Assembly (NCBI GenBank): GCA_038279365.1
Contig: JAYODI010000025.1
Location: 1-14,362 of the forward strand
Source of the DNA: Candidatus Latescibacterota bacterium
GTDB taxonomy: Bacteria; Latescibacterota; UBA2968
DNA: 14,362 bases
Reading direction: 5' to 3'
The notes under the pieces are model-generated. The model did no database searches. It was given only the letters and a program-made list of their open reading frames with translations, and was not told where the DNA came from. Within the stretch, counting starts at the first letter, position 1. The number at the start of each line of letters is the position of its first letter. A program made the position numbers and the translations under genes. Below are positions 1-7,995 of the stretch, in pieces.

Positions 1-2
1 TA

Positions 3-647
3 CATTTGTTGCGTGCTTGGGATAATCGCCTAGATCGAGACAGTAAGGGGGCGCTGTTGTTTTGGCTTTGGAAGCAACGTTATGATGAATTGGTTGCTCA
101 ATTGCCCGATATCAAGCAGCGTGATCTGTTGGTGCAAGAAAAATTGGCATTTGAGGCTTTGCGCACGGCCATTGCTTCTATGATGAATACCTATGGGCGT
201 TTGGATGTTGCTTGGCAAGATGTACATCTGCTCAAACGGGGTGATCACTTGTTTCCTATGAGCGGTGCCGCACCCGGTCTAACGGCCATCCATCAAACTT
301 GGACGGAAACATCCCCCGAAGGAAATTTAAAGATCACAGGTGGGTCGGCTTTTGTGATGGTTGTGTCACTTACAGAACCGATGCAGTCATGGAGTGTGTC
401 TGCTTTTGGTAGCAGTGAAGATGCTGATTCACCCCATTTTGCCGATCAAGCCCAATTGCAAAGCAAAGACCAGTTTAAGCGTGTCGTTTTTGATGAGTCT
501 ACTTTATCTGCTCAATTGACGTCGGTGTTAACGGTTCCTTTTGACGAAGAGACTATGGCGCGGGAATCTTTGCGTGCTTTTTGGGCAAAAAAGCGTCGTT
601 TGGGACCAGTGATACCCATGTCGGATACCACAAACACATCACAATAG
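3..647 (+). CDS. Penicillin acylase / acyl-homoserine-lactone acylase family Ntn hydrolase, C-terminal part (5' truncated by window edge)
   Basis: The frame is open from the window start. Beta-subunit C-terminal motifs typical of the Penicil_amidase family: LRAWD..D.DS.GALLF..W, W..VH...RG, GGSAFVMVV, GSSED.DSPHFADQA.L. Confidence 0.85.
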   Translation, partial: HLLRAWDNRLDRDSKGALLFWLWKQRYDELVAQLPDIKQRDLLVQEKLAFEALRTAIASMMNTYGRLDVAWQDVHLLKRGDHLFPMSGAAPGLTAIHQTWTETSPEGNLKITGGSAFVMVVSLTEPMQSWSVSAFGSSEDADSPHFADQAQLQSKDQFKRVVFDESTLSAQLTSVLTVPFDEETMARESLRAFWAKKRRLGPVIPMSDTTNTSQ

Positions 648-653
648 GATTGG

Positions 654-1910
654 ATGATGCGTTTTGTATGGTTGATATTGCTATTGATCATAATTGGGTC
701 GGATGTACCTGTGTGTGGCCAAGGTACACCGGCCTTTTTTATGGGCAATGGCAAAACAGGTGAAAAACCTCAATCTAAGGTGTGGTTTCACAATGGATTT
801 TGGTGGTGCTTGTTACCTGGCACAGAGCAAGGTGAAACAGCGTTGCGCTTTTACCAACTGCACGGTGATGTCTGGCAATGCATAGGGGATGGGGTTGATG
901 TGCGCGAAGAAGTGCAAGCCGATGTGTGGGCAGAAGGTGACAATTTGTTTGTGTTGGTGTTTCACCCAAATGAAACGCATTTTTTATCGTTCTTTTTTAA
1001 CCAGGCTCAAGGGCAATATTTTTTGCAAGAGGGTTTTCCCGTTACGTTGGCACCTTTGCCGGTGGTTGGGGTGGAAACCATGTCGCTTCGGCGTGATGGA
1101 CAGGGGCGGTTTTGGGTTGTTTTTGAAGGTGAAGCCAAAGGGGATAAACGCGGGAGTGTGTGGGCCTTGTGGTCCGATGATGGCTTAGATTGGCATCTTA
1201 AGGGTGTGCGGTTGGGCACCAATGTTGCCCCTGATGATATTGCCACTTTGTGCCGTTTTGTAATTGGAGGCACGGGATATATAGGTGCTATTTGGTCGCA
1301 ACAATCGGCCAACAAATCCACACACCGCGATTCGGCAGGGGTGAGTCGGTTGGTGATGCGTTATCACAAAGACGGAGATGCACCAACTCAGTGGTCACCC
1401 ATTGAAGAAATAGCGTCGGGTCAAGCATTGGCAGATGACCATCTCAATACGGCTGTTGCCCGTGATGGGCAGATTTATTTGGTAACCAAAACAAGTTTGG
1501 ACGATTTAAAACCCAAAGATATGGATGCACCGTTGTTGATGTTGTATGTGCGGTCAAGCCGAGGAGGGTGGGCGGGATATACCCTATCTAAAAGCACGGA
1601 GCGGGGTACACGTCCTATTGTTACTTTGGATGAAGAGCGAGGTATATTACACATATTTTATACCATTCCAACCAACAAAGACCAATCGGAGCGCGCCATC
1701 GTACATCGGTCTTCGGACCGGACAAATATACAATTTACAGAATTGGATAGGGCCATTGCACAAGAGGGTATCTATTTAAACGATGTTACATCAACACACC
1801 AGGGCATGACGGCAGATACGGGTATTTTGGTGATGTGTTGGGGGAGAGAATCAAAAAAAAATACACCCAATAGGGCGTATTTTAGAGTCTATAAATTAGA
1901 CAGCGGCTGA
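654..1910 (+). CDS. Secreted hypothetical protein, probable beta-propeller (BNR/Asp-box-like)
   Basis: 418-aa ORF with AGGA upstream and an N-terminal hydrophobic signal peptide (MMRFVWLILLLIIIG). It has many short beta-strand/Trp patterns and an Asp-box-like WSDDGLDW. Motif blocks TGEKPQSKVWFHNGFWW, ADDHLN, VTKTS and TRPIV look like a conserved family. Confidence 0.75.
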   Translation: MMRFVWLILLLIIIGSDVPVCGQGTPAFFMGNGKTGEKPQSKVWFHNGFWWCLLPGTEQGETALRFYQLHGDVWQCIGDGVDVREEVQADVWAEGDNLFVLVFHPNETHFLSFFFNQAQGQYFLQEGFPVTLAPLPVVGVETMSLRRDGQGRFWVVFEGEAKGDKRGSVWALWSDDGLDWHLKGVRLGTNVAPDDIATLCRFVIGGTGYIGAIWSQQSANKSTHRDSAGVSRLVMRYHKDGDAPTQWSPIEEIASGQALADDHLNTAVARDGQIYLVTKTSLDDLKPKDMDAPLLMLYVRSSRGGWAGYTLSKSTERGTRPIVTLDEERGILHIFYTIPTNKDQSERAIVHRSSDRTNIQFTELDRAIAQEGIYLNDVTSTHQGMTADTGILVMCWGRESKKNTPNRAYFRVYKLDSG

Positions 1911-1957
1911 TGCGAAGAATAGGCGCAGGGCGTCTAACGAAATGTGGGACAAGGATA

Positions 1958-2311
1958 TTAAGCCAACAACTCTTGAACCGCAGCAAGTACATCTTGATTT
2001 TTAAAGGGTTTAGAAAGTGTACGGTTGGCGCCGAGATCTTCTACGATGGGTAAAAATTCTGGAGCATCTCCAGAAATCACAATGGTTTTAATGGTGGGAT
2101 ATTGTGATCGCAATTCTAAGAGGGCTTCCACACCATCTCTTTCGGGCATCAACAGGTCTGTGATAATAAGATCTGGTGCAGACGTGCTGTAAATTTTGGC
2201 ACCTTCTAAAGCATTGGGTGCTTCCGTAATTTCATGTCCTTCTTGTTGCAATAAATTTTTGAGTGCTGTTCGCACCGAGGCATCATCATCCATAATAAGT
2301 ATGCGAGCCAA
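1958..2311 (-). CDS. Single-domain response regulator (CheY-like receiver)
   Basis: RILIMDDD acidic pocket, phospho-acceptor Asp in ITDLLMP, Ser in VISG and Lys in SKPF are all intact. Start moved from 2347 to the TTG at 2311 because GGGAGGG lies about 7 nt upstream on the minus strand and MARILI is a canonical receiver N-terminus (117 aa). Confidence 0.93.
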   Translation of the reverse strand: MARILIMDDDASVRTALKNLLQQEGHEITEAPNALEGAKIYSTSAPDLIITDLLMPERDGVEALLELRSQYPTIKTIVISGDAPEFLPIVEDLGANRTLSKPFKNQDVLAAVQELLA

Positions 2312-2355
2312 TAGGGTTCCCTCCCACAAATAGTGAAAATTCGCCACTTAAAATG

Positions 2356-2370
2356 CGAAACAGTGTTTCG
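2356..2370. promoter_or_regulatory. Perfect palindrome in the divergent promoter region (possible operator)
   Basis: CGAAACA-G-TGTTTCG in the 92-nt gap between divergent genes. A minus-strand TTGACA (2373-2378) is adjacent. Confidence 0.35.
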
Positions 2371-2403
2371 GGTGTCAAGTAGGAAAATGAATGAGGTAAA
2401 TAT

Positions 2404-3996
2404 ATGCGGCTTGGATTGGTGGGTAAATTGATCGTTGCTGCGGGCGTGACATTGGTAATGGCCTTGTCTGCAGGGTTTTGGGTGGTGCTCACCCGAGAAG
2501 ATCGGCAAGCCCGAGAAGATTTTAAACGTGAGTTGGGTACCATTACGGGGTATGCCAAAGCTGTGCGAGAATTTATGGCCGAAAACCCCGTAGAGATCCA
2601 CAGAGATTCAACCTACCACAATTTGAATCATGTGCCCGTTATTGCGGCTTGGTTGACTGCCCAAAAATATGCCGATAAACAAGAGTATGTTTTTAGAACG
2701 CCGTCATTAACCCCTCGTTCAATAAAAAATACACCTACGCCATTTGAACGGCGGGCATTGTTGGCTTTTGAAAAAGACACAAGTTTAAATGAATATAGCG
2801 AAGAGGTAATGTCTGATGGGGTGCAGATGGTGCAATATGCGGTTCCCATGCGACTGACCCAAGATTGTTTGACCTGTCATGGTTTTCCCAAAGGCGAACC
2901 CGATGTTTTTGGGTATCCCAAAGAAGGTATGTCAGAAGGTGCATTAAGAGGGGCGTTTAGCTTACAAGCTCCGTTAACTTCTTTGTCCCTACGGCAAAAA
3001 AACAACCGACGGGCGTTATTTTTTATTGGGTTGGGTATTGTGTTGGTAACAGGGTGTGCCATTTGTGTTGCCATTCGGGTGGTTATTCGACCCTTAGATG
3101 GTTTTTTGGCCGCTATTCGGCGAATTGGCGCTGGGCAAATTCAAGAACGCGTATCGGTTTATTCCAATGATGAAGTGGGTGAATTGGCCATAGAGTTTAA
3201 CCGTATGGCCGATCAATTGGAGGCTTCTTATGCCACGCTTGAAGAACGGGTTCAAGAACGTACGCAGGCATTGGAGCAGTCACAATCTCAACTGGTTCAA
3301 GCCTCAAAGCTTGCGGCATTGGGCGAGTTGGTCGGGGGGATTGCACATGAGGTGAATACCCCTATTGGTATTATTATTATGCGTCTGGCGAGCTTGCGCC
3401 CCGATGCCAAAGAAAGTGGTTTGTCTGAAGATTTGCTTGAAGATTTAGAAGTTATTGATCGGCAAGCCAATAAAGTGGCGCAAATTACGTCGGGGCTTTT
3501 GGCTTTTGCCCGACAAACACCGTACTCACCCCGAGAAACAAACCTCAATCAAGTGGTTGCCAATGCCATTGGGTTGGTCGAAAATGTGATGCGCAACAAA
3601 GGCATTGTCTATCGCCCATCCTTGGCAGATGATTTGCCTTTGGTATCTTTAGATACCACGCGTATTGAACAAGTTTTGTTAAACTTGTTTAACAATGCCA
3701 TGGATGCCATGCCCACTGGCGGTGAGTTGATGGTTACCACAGAGAAATTTGAAACCGAAATGGGGGAATTTTGGGTGCGGGTACGGGTGCGCGACACTGG
3801 GGAGGGGATACAGACAGAGCACTTAAATCGCTTGTTTGACCCTTTTTTTACGACCAAGGAAGTGGGGAAAGGTACGGGCTTGGGGTTGTCGATCAGTTAT
3901 GGGCTTATTCAAGAACATGGAGGCACGCTTTCTGTTGAGAGCGAATATGGTCATTGGAGTGAATTTAGAATTGAATTGCCAGCCGTTTTGATATGA
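2404..3996 (+). CDS. Membrane sensor histidine kinase with extracytoplasmic c-type heme domain (DUF3365/Tll0287-like), HAMP, HisKA, HATPase
   Basis: GAGG RBS. Two TM segments flank a domain with PR..KN.P..FE and CLTCHG (2866-2880) ... GALRGAFS. HAMP (NDEVGELAIEFNRMA), H-box GIAHEVNTP, N-box QVLLNLFNNAMDA, DTGEGI, FDPFFTTK and GTGLGLS are present. Confidence 0.93.
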   Translation: MRLGLVGKLIVAAGVTLVMALSAGFWVVLTREDRQAREDFKRELGTITGYAKAVREFMAENPVEIHRDSTYHNLNHVPVIAAWLTAQKYADKQEYVFRTPSLTPRSIKNTPTPFERRALLAFEKDTSLNEYSEEVMSDGVQMVQYAVPMRLTQDCLTCHGFPKGEPDVFGYPKEGMSEGALRGAFSLQAPLTSLSLRQKNNRRALFFIGLGIVLVTGCAICVAIRVVIRPLDGFLAAIRRIGAGQIQERVSVYSNDEVGELAIEFNRMADQLEASYATLEERVQERTQALEQSQSQLVQASKLAALGELVGGIAHEVNTPIGIIIMRLASLRPDAKESGLSEDLLEDLEVIDRQANKVAQITSGLLAFARQTPYSPRETNLNQVVANAIGLVENVMRNKGIVYRPSLADDLPLVSLDTTRIEQVLLNLFNNAMDAMPTGGELMVTTEKFETEMGEFWVRVRVRDTGEGIQTEHLNRLFDPFFTTKEVGKGTGLGLSISYGLIQEHGGTLSVESEYGHWSEFRIELPAVLI

Positions 3997-4011
3997 CGAA
4001 AGGATGGGTAC

Positions 4012-5403
4012 ATGTCTCAATGTACAGTTTTGGTGGTTGATGATGAACCCGATATGTTGAGCAGTTGGAAAAGATTTTTGGGGCGTTCTTATGCCGTTGA
4101 AACGGCCCAAAACGGCAATGATGGATTGAGCAAATTTGAGGACTTACAACCCGATTTGGTTATTACAGACCTCCGTATGCCTGGCATGGATGGGTTTACT
4201 TTATTACAAGAAATTAAAAAAAAGCAAGCAGATGCCTTGGTCATTGTGTTAACAGGATATGGCACCATTGAAGATGCGGTGCGGGCGATGGATGCAGGGG
4301 CATATTATTTTTTACAAAAAAATGACAAACCCGAGCGTTGGTTAGATGTGGTGAGGAAGGCTTTAAAAGAGAAAGAATTGACATCTGAAAACAAGGCCTT
4401 AAAAGAACAACTTGAGACCAAGTTTACGTTTAGCAATATTATTGGCCAAAGCCCTGCCATGCGCCGTGTTTTTGATTTGGTCAGTAAAATCGCCAACACA
4501 CAGGCCAATGTGCTCATTACGGGTGAGAGTGGCACGGGTAAAGAGCTTATTGCACGCAGTATTCACGCAAACAGCAGTCGCAAAGGGAAACCTTTTGTGG
4601 CCTTAAATTGTGGTGGGTTGCCCGAACATTTGGTTGAGAGTGAATTGTTTGGACACGAAAAAGGGGCTTTTACGGGGGCCAATGCGGCACGCTCTGGTTT
4701 GATGGAGCATGCGCATGCGGGCACCTTTTTATTGGATGAGATTGGCGAGTTGCCCATGCATTTGCAGGTGAAGTTTTTGCGTGTCTTAGAAGAGCGTCGC
4801 ATTCGCCGTTTGGGAAGCAACCGAGAGATCGATTTGGATATTCGCTTGGTTTCGGCCACCAATCAAAATTTAGAAAATTTGGTTGCAGAGGGCGGTTTTC
4901 GCGAAGATTTGTTTTATCGCATCAACACATTTGTCATCCATTTGCCCCCCCTGCGTGAGCGCGTGGGGGATGTGCCCATTTTGGCCAATCACTTTTTGGC
5001 ACATTATGCCGCACAGCGAAGTGACCAAGGCCCAAGTGCCATTTCTGACAAAGCAATGGCGCGTTTAGAACAGCATACTTGGCCAGGCAATGTTCGTGAG
5101 TTACAACACGCAATGGAACGGGCTGTTACATTGGCCTCTCAAGACGAAATTTTAGTCGAAGATTTGCCAGATAACTTGGGCATGTCGCGCAGTGTGGGGT
5201 TGCGGTTACAACATTTTGATCAACCCTTTAAAGATGCCAAAGAAAATGTCATTGAAGAATTTGAAAGGGCCTATGTCGAAAACTTGCTTCAAGCACACAA
5301 TGGCAATATTTCAAAAGCGGCCCAACACAGTGGCATAGATCGTCGGTCTTTGCACCGTTTATTGGTTAAGCACCATATAGATGCCCGTTCATTTAGTGGC
5401 TAA
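4012..5403 (+). CDS. Sigma54-dependent response regulator, NtrC/AtoC family (REC-AAA+-Fis HTH)
   Basis: REC domain (VVDDE, ITDLRMPGMDG), Walker A GESGTGKE, ESELFGHEKGAFTGA, Walker B LLDEIGE, FREDLFYRI, WPGNVREL and C-terminal HTH GNISKAAQHSGIDRRSLHRLL. Confidence 0.96.
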   Translation: MSQCTVLVVDDEPDMLSSWKRFLGRSYAVETAQNGNDGLSKFEDLQPDLVITDLRMPGMDGFTLLQEIKKKQADALVIVLTGYGTIEDAVRAMDAGAYYFLQKNDKPERWLDVVRKALKEKELTSENKALKEQLETKFTFSNIIGQSPAMRRVFDLVSKIANTQANVLITGESGTGKELIARSIHANSSRKGKPFVALNCGGLPEHLVESELFGHEKGAFTGANAARSGLMEHAHAGTFLLDEIGELPMHLQVKFLRVLEERRIRRLGSNREIDLDIRLVSATNQNLENLVAEGGFREDLFYRINTFVIHLPPLRERVGDVPILANHFLAHYAAQRSDQGPSAISDKAMARLEQHTWPGNVRELQHAMERAVTLASQDEILVEDLPDNLGMSRSVGLRLQHFDQPFKDAKENVIEEFERAYVENLLQAHNGNISKAAQHSGIDRRSLHRLLVKHHIDARSFSG

Positions 5404-5421
5404 TCCTTTTGTTTTCTTTAT

Positions 5422-5460
5422 AACCCCCTCGGAAAAACATTTTTCCGAGGGGGTTTTTGT
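5422..5460 (+). terminator. Rho-independent terminator after the kinase-regulator operon
   Basis: Perfect inverted repeat AACCCCCTCGGAAAA / TTTTCCGAGGGGGTT with a 4-nt loop, followed by TTTGT, 18 nt after the stop codon. Confidence 0.88.
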
Positions 5461-5498
5461 TGAGACAATGGTGTCTCTCATGGGGCAGTGATTCCTCA
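5461..5498. promoter_or_regulatory. Tandem palindromic upstream activator sites (UAS) for a sigma54 enhancer-binding protein
   Basis: TGAGACA-ATGG-TGTCTCT (5461-5478) and TGGGGCA-GTGA-TTCCTCA (5481-5498) both fit TGnGnCA-N4-TGnCnCA with one mismatch each. They are 20 bp apart (about two helical turns) and about 95-135 bp upstream of a -24/-12 box. Confidence 0.6.
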
Positions 5499-5548
5499 TA
5501 AATATGATCTTGAATTGAGGGGTGCGTTGTTGGGTTGCGCCCAAAATG

Positions 5549-5566
5549 AAAAAAAACAGCAATTTG
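5549..5566 (+). promoter_or_regulatory. IHF-like site / A-tract between UAS and sigma54 box
   Basis: AAACAGCAATTTG (5554-5566) is one mismatch from WATCARNNNNTTR and overlaps an A-tract (5549-5556), at the usual position for DNA looping. Confidence 0.4.
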
Positions 5567-5593
5567 CTTTGGTTTTGTGTGCGATTGTTTTGG

Positions 5594-5609
5594 TGGTATG
5601 GTGTTTGCA
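5594..5609 (+). promoter_or_regulatory. Sigma54 (-24/-12) promoter
   Basis: TGGTATGGTGTTTGCA has GG (5595-5596), exactly 10 nt, then GC (5607-5608), matching TGGYAYR-N4-TTGCW. Predicted TSS near 5620. Confidence 0.72.
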
Positions 5610-5646
5610 ATAATGCATAAAAAACGATCTGCATGGGAGTGCTGTT

Positions 5647-5769
5647 ATGAGCAAAGAAAATTTGCGACATCCGGGCCAATCTGTGCGCAGAATGCCTTGG
5701 TGGCTTACGCTTATCGTAATTTCTTTGGTGGTGTGGGCAATTGCCTATTTGGCGTTGCTTGTTGTATGA
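5647..5769 (+). CDS. Small (40 aa) single-pass membrane protein, not in the ORF track
   Basis: Translation MSKENLRHPGQSVRRMPWWLTLIVISLVVWAIAYLALLVV*. GGGAG RBS (5635-5639) sits 7 nt before the ATG. Basic N-terminus followed by about 24 hydrophobic residues. It is the first ORF after the predicted TSS and ends 21 nt before the ACD start. Confidence 0.68.
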   Translation: MSKENLRHPGQSVRRMPWWLTLIVISLVVWAIAYLALLVV

Positions 5770-5790
5770 CAAAATCATAGGGGTGTTATT

Positions 5791-7995
5791 ATGCCCTCAA
5801 TCGGTCAAGAAGATACAATGGATTTGAGCCCAGTATTCAAATTGAAATCCTTGGAGAATGCACAAAAGCGATCAAAGAAAGTGCGTTTGCTCCAAGCATT
5901 GTTTGAACCCAAACATATTGCTGTAATTGGAGCCAGTCCAAATGAGGGCAGTGTGGGATGGGCCATTTTCCGCAATTTGTTGATGAATGGTTATTTGGGC
6001 ATGTTGTTTCCTGTAAATCCCAAATACGAAAGCATTATGGGGGTGCGGTGTTATCCTACTTTGTCGGCTGTGGATATGGACATCGATTTGGCCGTGATTG
6101 CCATTCCTGCAGTGGGAATTCCTGAGCTTTTGCGTGAATGTGCAAGCAAAGGGGTCAAAGGCGCAATCGTTATTTCGGCAGGTTTTAAAGAAGTGGGGGC
6201 AGAAGGCGCAGCACTTGAAACACAGATTCGGGAAGTGGCCCAAGCTTCGGGTATTGCCCTTTTGGGGCCCAACTGTTTGGGTATTATCAATACCGATCCA
6301 AAAGTATCCATGAATGCCAGTTTTGCTCGGCGTATGGCCATTCCAGGGTCATTGGCTTTTATGTCTCAGTCGGGTGCTTTGTGTACGTCTATTTTGGATT
6401 ATGCAGCAGGCAATCACATTGGTTTTTCAAAGTTTATCAGTTTTGGCAACAAGGCCGATGTGACCGAAACCGATTTGCTCGGTTATTTGGCTGAAGACAA
6501 ACAGACCAAAGCCATTTTGATGTATCTCGAAGATTTGAGCGATGGGGCCTTGTTTATGCAAGTGGCGCGTGAGATAACAGAAAACACGGGCAAGCCCATT
6601 CTGGCAATCAAAACAGGGCGAACTCCCGAAGGGGCCAGTGCTGCAGCATCGCATACGGGGTCCTTGGCTGGCACAGATGAAGTCTATGATGCCGTGATGG
6701 CACAAGCGGGAGTTTTGCGCGTTGATACGGTGCAAGAGCTTTTTGATTATGCCATGGCTTTTGGCAACCAACCCTTGCCCCATTCCAATCGGGTGGCCAT
6801 TGTGACCAATGCAGGTGGGCCGGGCATCATGACCACCGATGCGTGTGTGCGCTATGGTTTAAAGTTGGCCAAATTATCAGATCAAACACAACAAAGTCTC
6901 AAAGAGATATTGCCTTCTGCGGCAAGTGTTAAAAACCCTGTGGATGTGATTGGCGATGCACGCCACGATCGTTATGCCGCTGCTTTAGACCGGGTTTTAA
7001 AAGATGATCAAGTCGATGGCGCCATTGTAATTTTAACCCCGCAAACCATGACGGATATCGAAAATGTGGCTGGGATTATTGTTGAAGCATCCCAGTCTTC
7101 AAGCAAACCGATTTTGGCATCTTTTATGGGGTTGGTCGATGTTTCTGCTGGGGTAGAGATGTTACGCCAACACGGTGTGCCGCATTATCCGTTTCCTGAG
7201 GGGGCGGCACGTGTTTTGGGAGCCATGCACAAATATCAGCGTTGGGTTTCACGACCACGCACCACCGAGCGTATTTTTGAAGTTGATCGTGGCCAAGTAC
7301 AACGCATTTTTAAACAAGTGGTGGCAGATGGTCGCGATGCGTTGCCAGAGGTGGAGGCTATGGCAGTACTCAAGGCATATGGTTTTCCTGTGTTAAAGAC
7401 CGAACTGGCAAAAACAACAGATGAAGCCGTCACTTTTGCAAAAGAAATGGGTTTTCCGGTGGTGATGAAAATAGCCTCCCCCGATATTTTGCATAAAACC
7501 GATGTGGGTGGGGTTATGGTGGGGGTGAAAGATGAAGCGGGTGTGCGCGAGGCATTTGAAACGCTGAGTGCGCGAGCAAAATCACATCGCCCCGATGCAA
7601 ATGTATGGGGTGTTGCCATTCAAGAGATGGCCCAAAAGGGCAGAGAAGTCATTTTGGGAATGACGCGCGATCAAACGTTTGGCCCTCTTATTATGTTTGG
7701 TTTGGGCGGTATATATACCGAAGCACTGAAAGATGTGACGTTCCGTTTGGCGCCCCTGCGATGTTTAAGTGCCAGGAATATGTTATCCGAAATCAGAGGG
7801 CGTCGCATTTTGGAAGGCATTCGTGGGGAAGCCCCAGTAGATTTGGACAGTTTGCAAGCCTGTTTAGAGCGGTTGTCGCAGTTGGTGATCGAGTTTCCCA
7901 TTATTAAAGAACTCGATATCAACCCGCTGGTTACCTATGCCAATGGGGCTTGCGTGGCCGATGCACGTATTATTTTGAAACGAGCAACACCATGA
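5791..7995 (+). CDS. ADP-forming acetate/acyl-CoA ligase, fused alpha-beta (AcdAB family)
   Basis: CoA-binding domain (FEPKHIAVIGAS, PVNPK, ISAGFKE, GPNCLG), SQSGAL, SFGNKADV, phospho-His in ASHTGSLAG (6652), TNAGGPG, NPVDVIGDA. ATP-grasp with HKTDVGGV (7492), FGPLIMFGLGG and ELDINP. Start uncertain (5791, 5818 or 5881). Confidence 0.93.
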   Translation: MPSIGQEDTMDLSPVFKLKSLENAQKRSKKVRLLQALFEPKHIAVIGASPNEGSVGWAIFRNLLMNGYLGMLFPVNPKYESIMGVRCYPTLSAVDMDIDLAVIAIPAVGIPELLRECASKGVKGAIVISAGFKEVGAEGAALETQIREVAQASGIALLGPNCLGIINTDPKVSMNASFARRMAIPGSLAFMSQSGALCTSILDYAAGNHIGFSKFISFGNKADVTETDLLGYLAEDKQTKAILMYLEDLSDGALFMQVAREITENTGKPILAIKTGRTPEGASAAASHTGSLAGTDEVYDAVMAQAGVLRVDTVQELFDYAMAFGNQPLPHSNRVAIVTNAGGPGIMTTDACVRYGLKLAKLSDQTQQSLKEILPSAASVKNPVDVIGDARHDRYAAALDRVLKDDQVDGAIVILTPQTMTDIENVAGIIVEASQSSSKPILASFMGLVDVSAGVEMLRQHGVPHYPFPEGAARVLGAMHKYQRWVSRPRTTERIFEVDRGQVQRIFKQVVADGRDALPEVEAMAVLKAYGFPVLKTELAKTTDEAVTFAKEMGFPVVMKIASPDILHKTDVGGVMVGVKDEAGVREAFETLSARAKSHRPDANVWGVAIQEMAQKGREVILGMTRDQTFGPLIMFGLGGIYTEALKDVTFRLAPLRCLSARNMLSEIRGRRILEGIRGEAPVDLDSLQACLERLSQLVIEFPIIKELDINPLVTYANGACVADARIILKRATP

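Noticed and set aside
1920-1936. Hairpin TAGGCGC-AGG-GCGTCTA between convergent genes
   Set aside because: Short stem, 3-nt loop and no good U-tract on either strand, so too weak to call a terminator.
5729-5765. Additional sigma54-like boxes and the palindrome GGCAATTGCC
   Set aside because: The GG/GC spacing is wrong, and the sequence is explained by the small membrane ORF.
5577-5780. 67-aa Cys-rich ORF, and the 129-aa minus ORF 5389-5778
   Set aside because: Neither has a clear RBS. The first starts upstream of and runs through the sigma54 box; the second crosses the terminator and promoter. The 40-aa ORF at 5647 has far better signals.
7950-7991. Track start of the CoA-transferase ORF at 7950
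   Set aside because: It overlaps the ACD 3' end by 46 nt. The ATG at 7992 gives an ATGA overlap and a typical N-terminus (MSWQSIYSSKMVTA.EAV).
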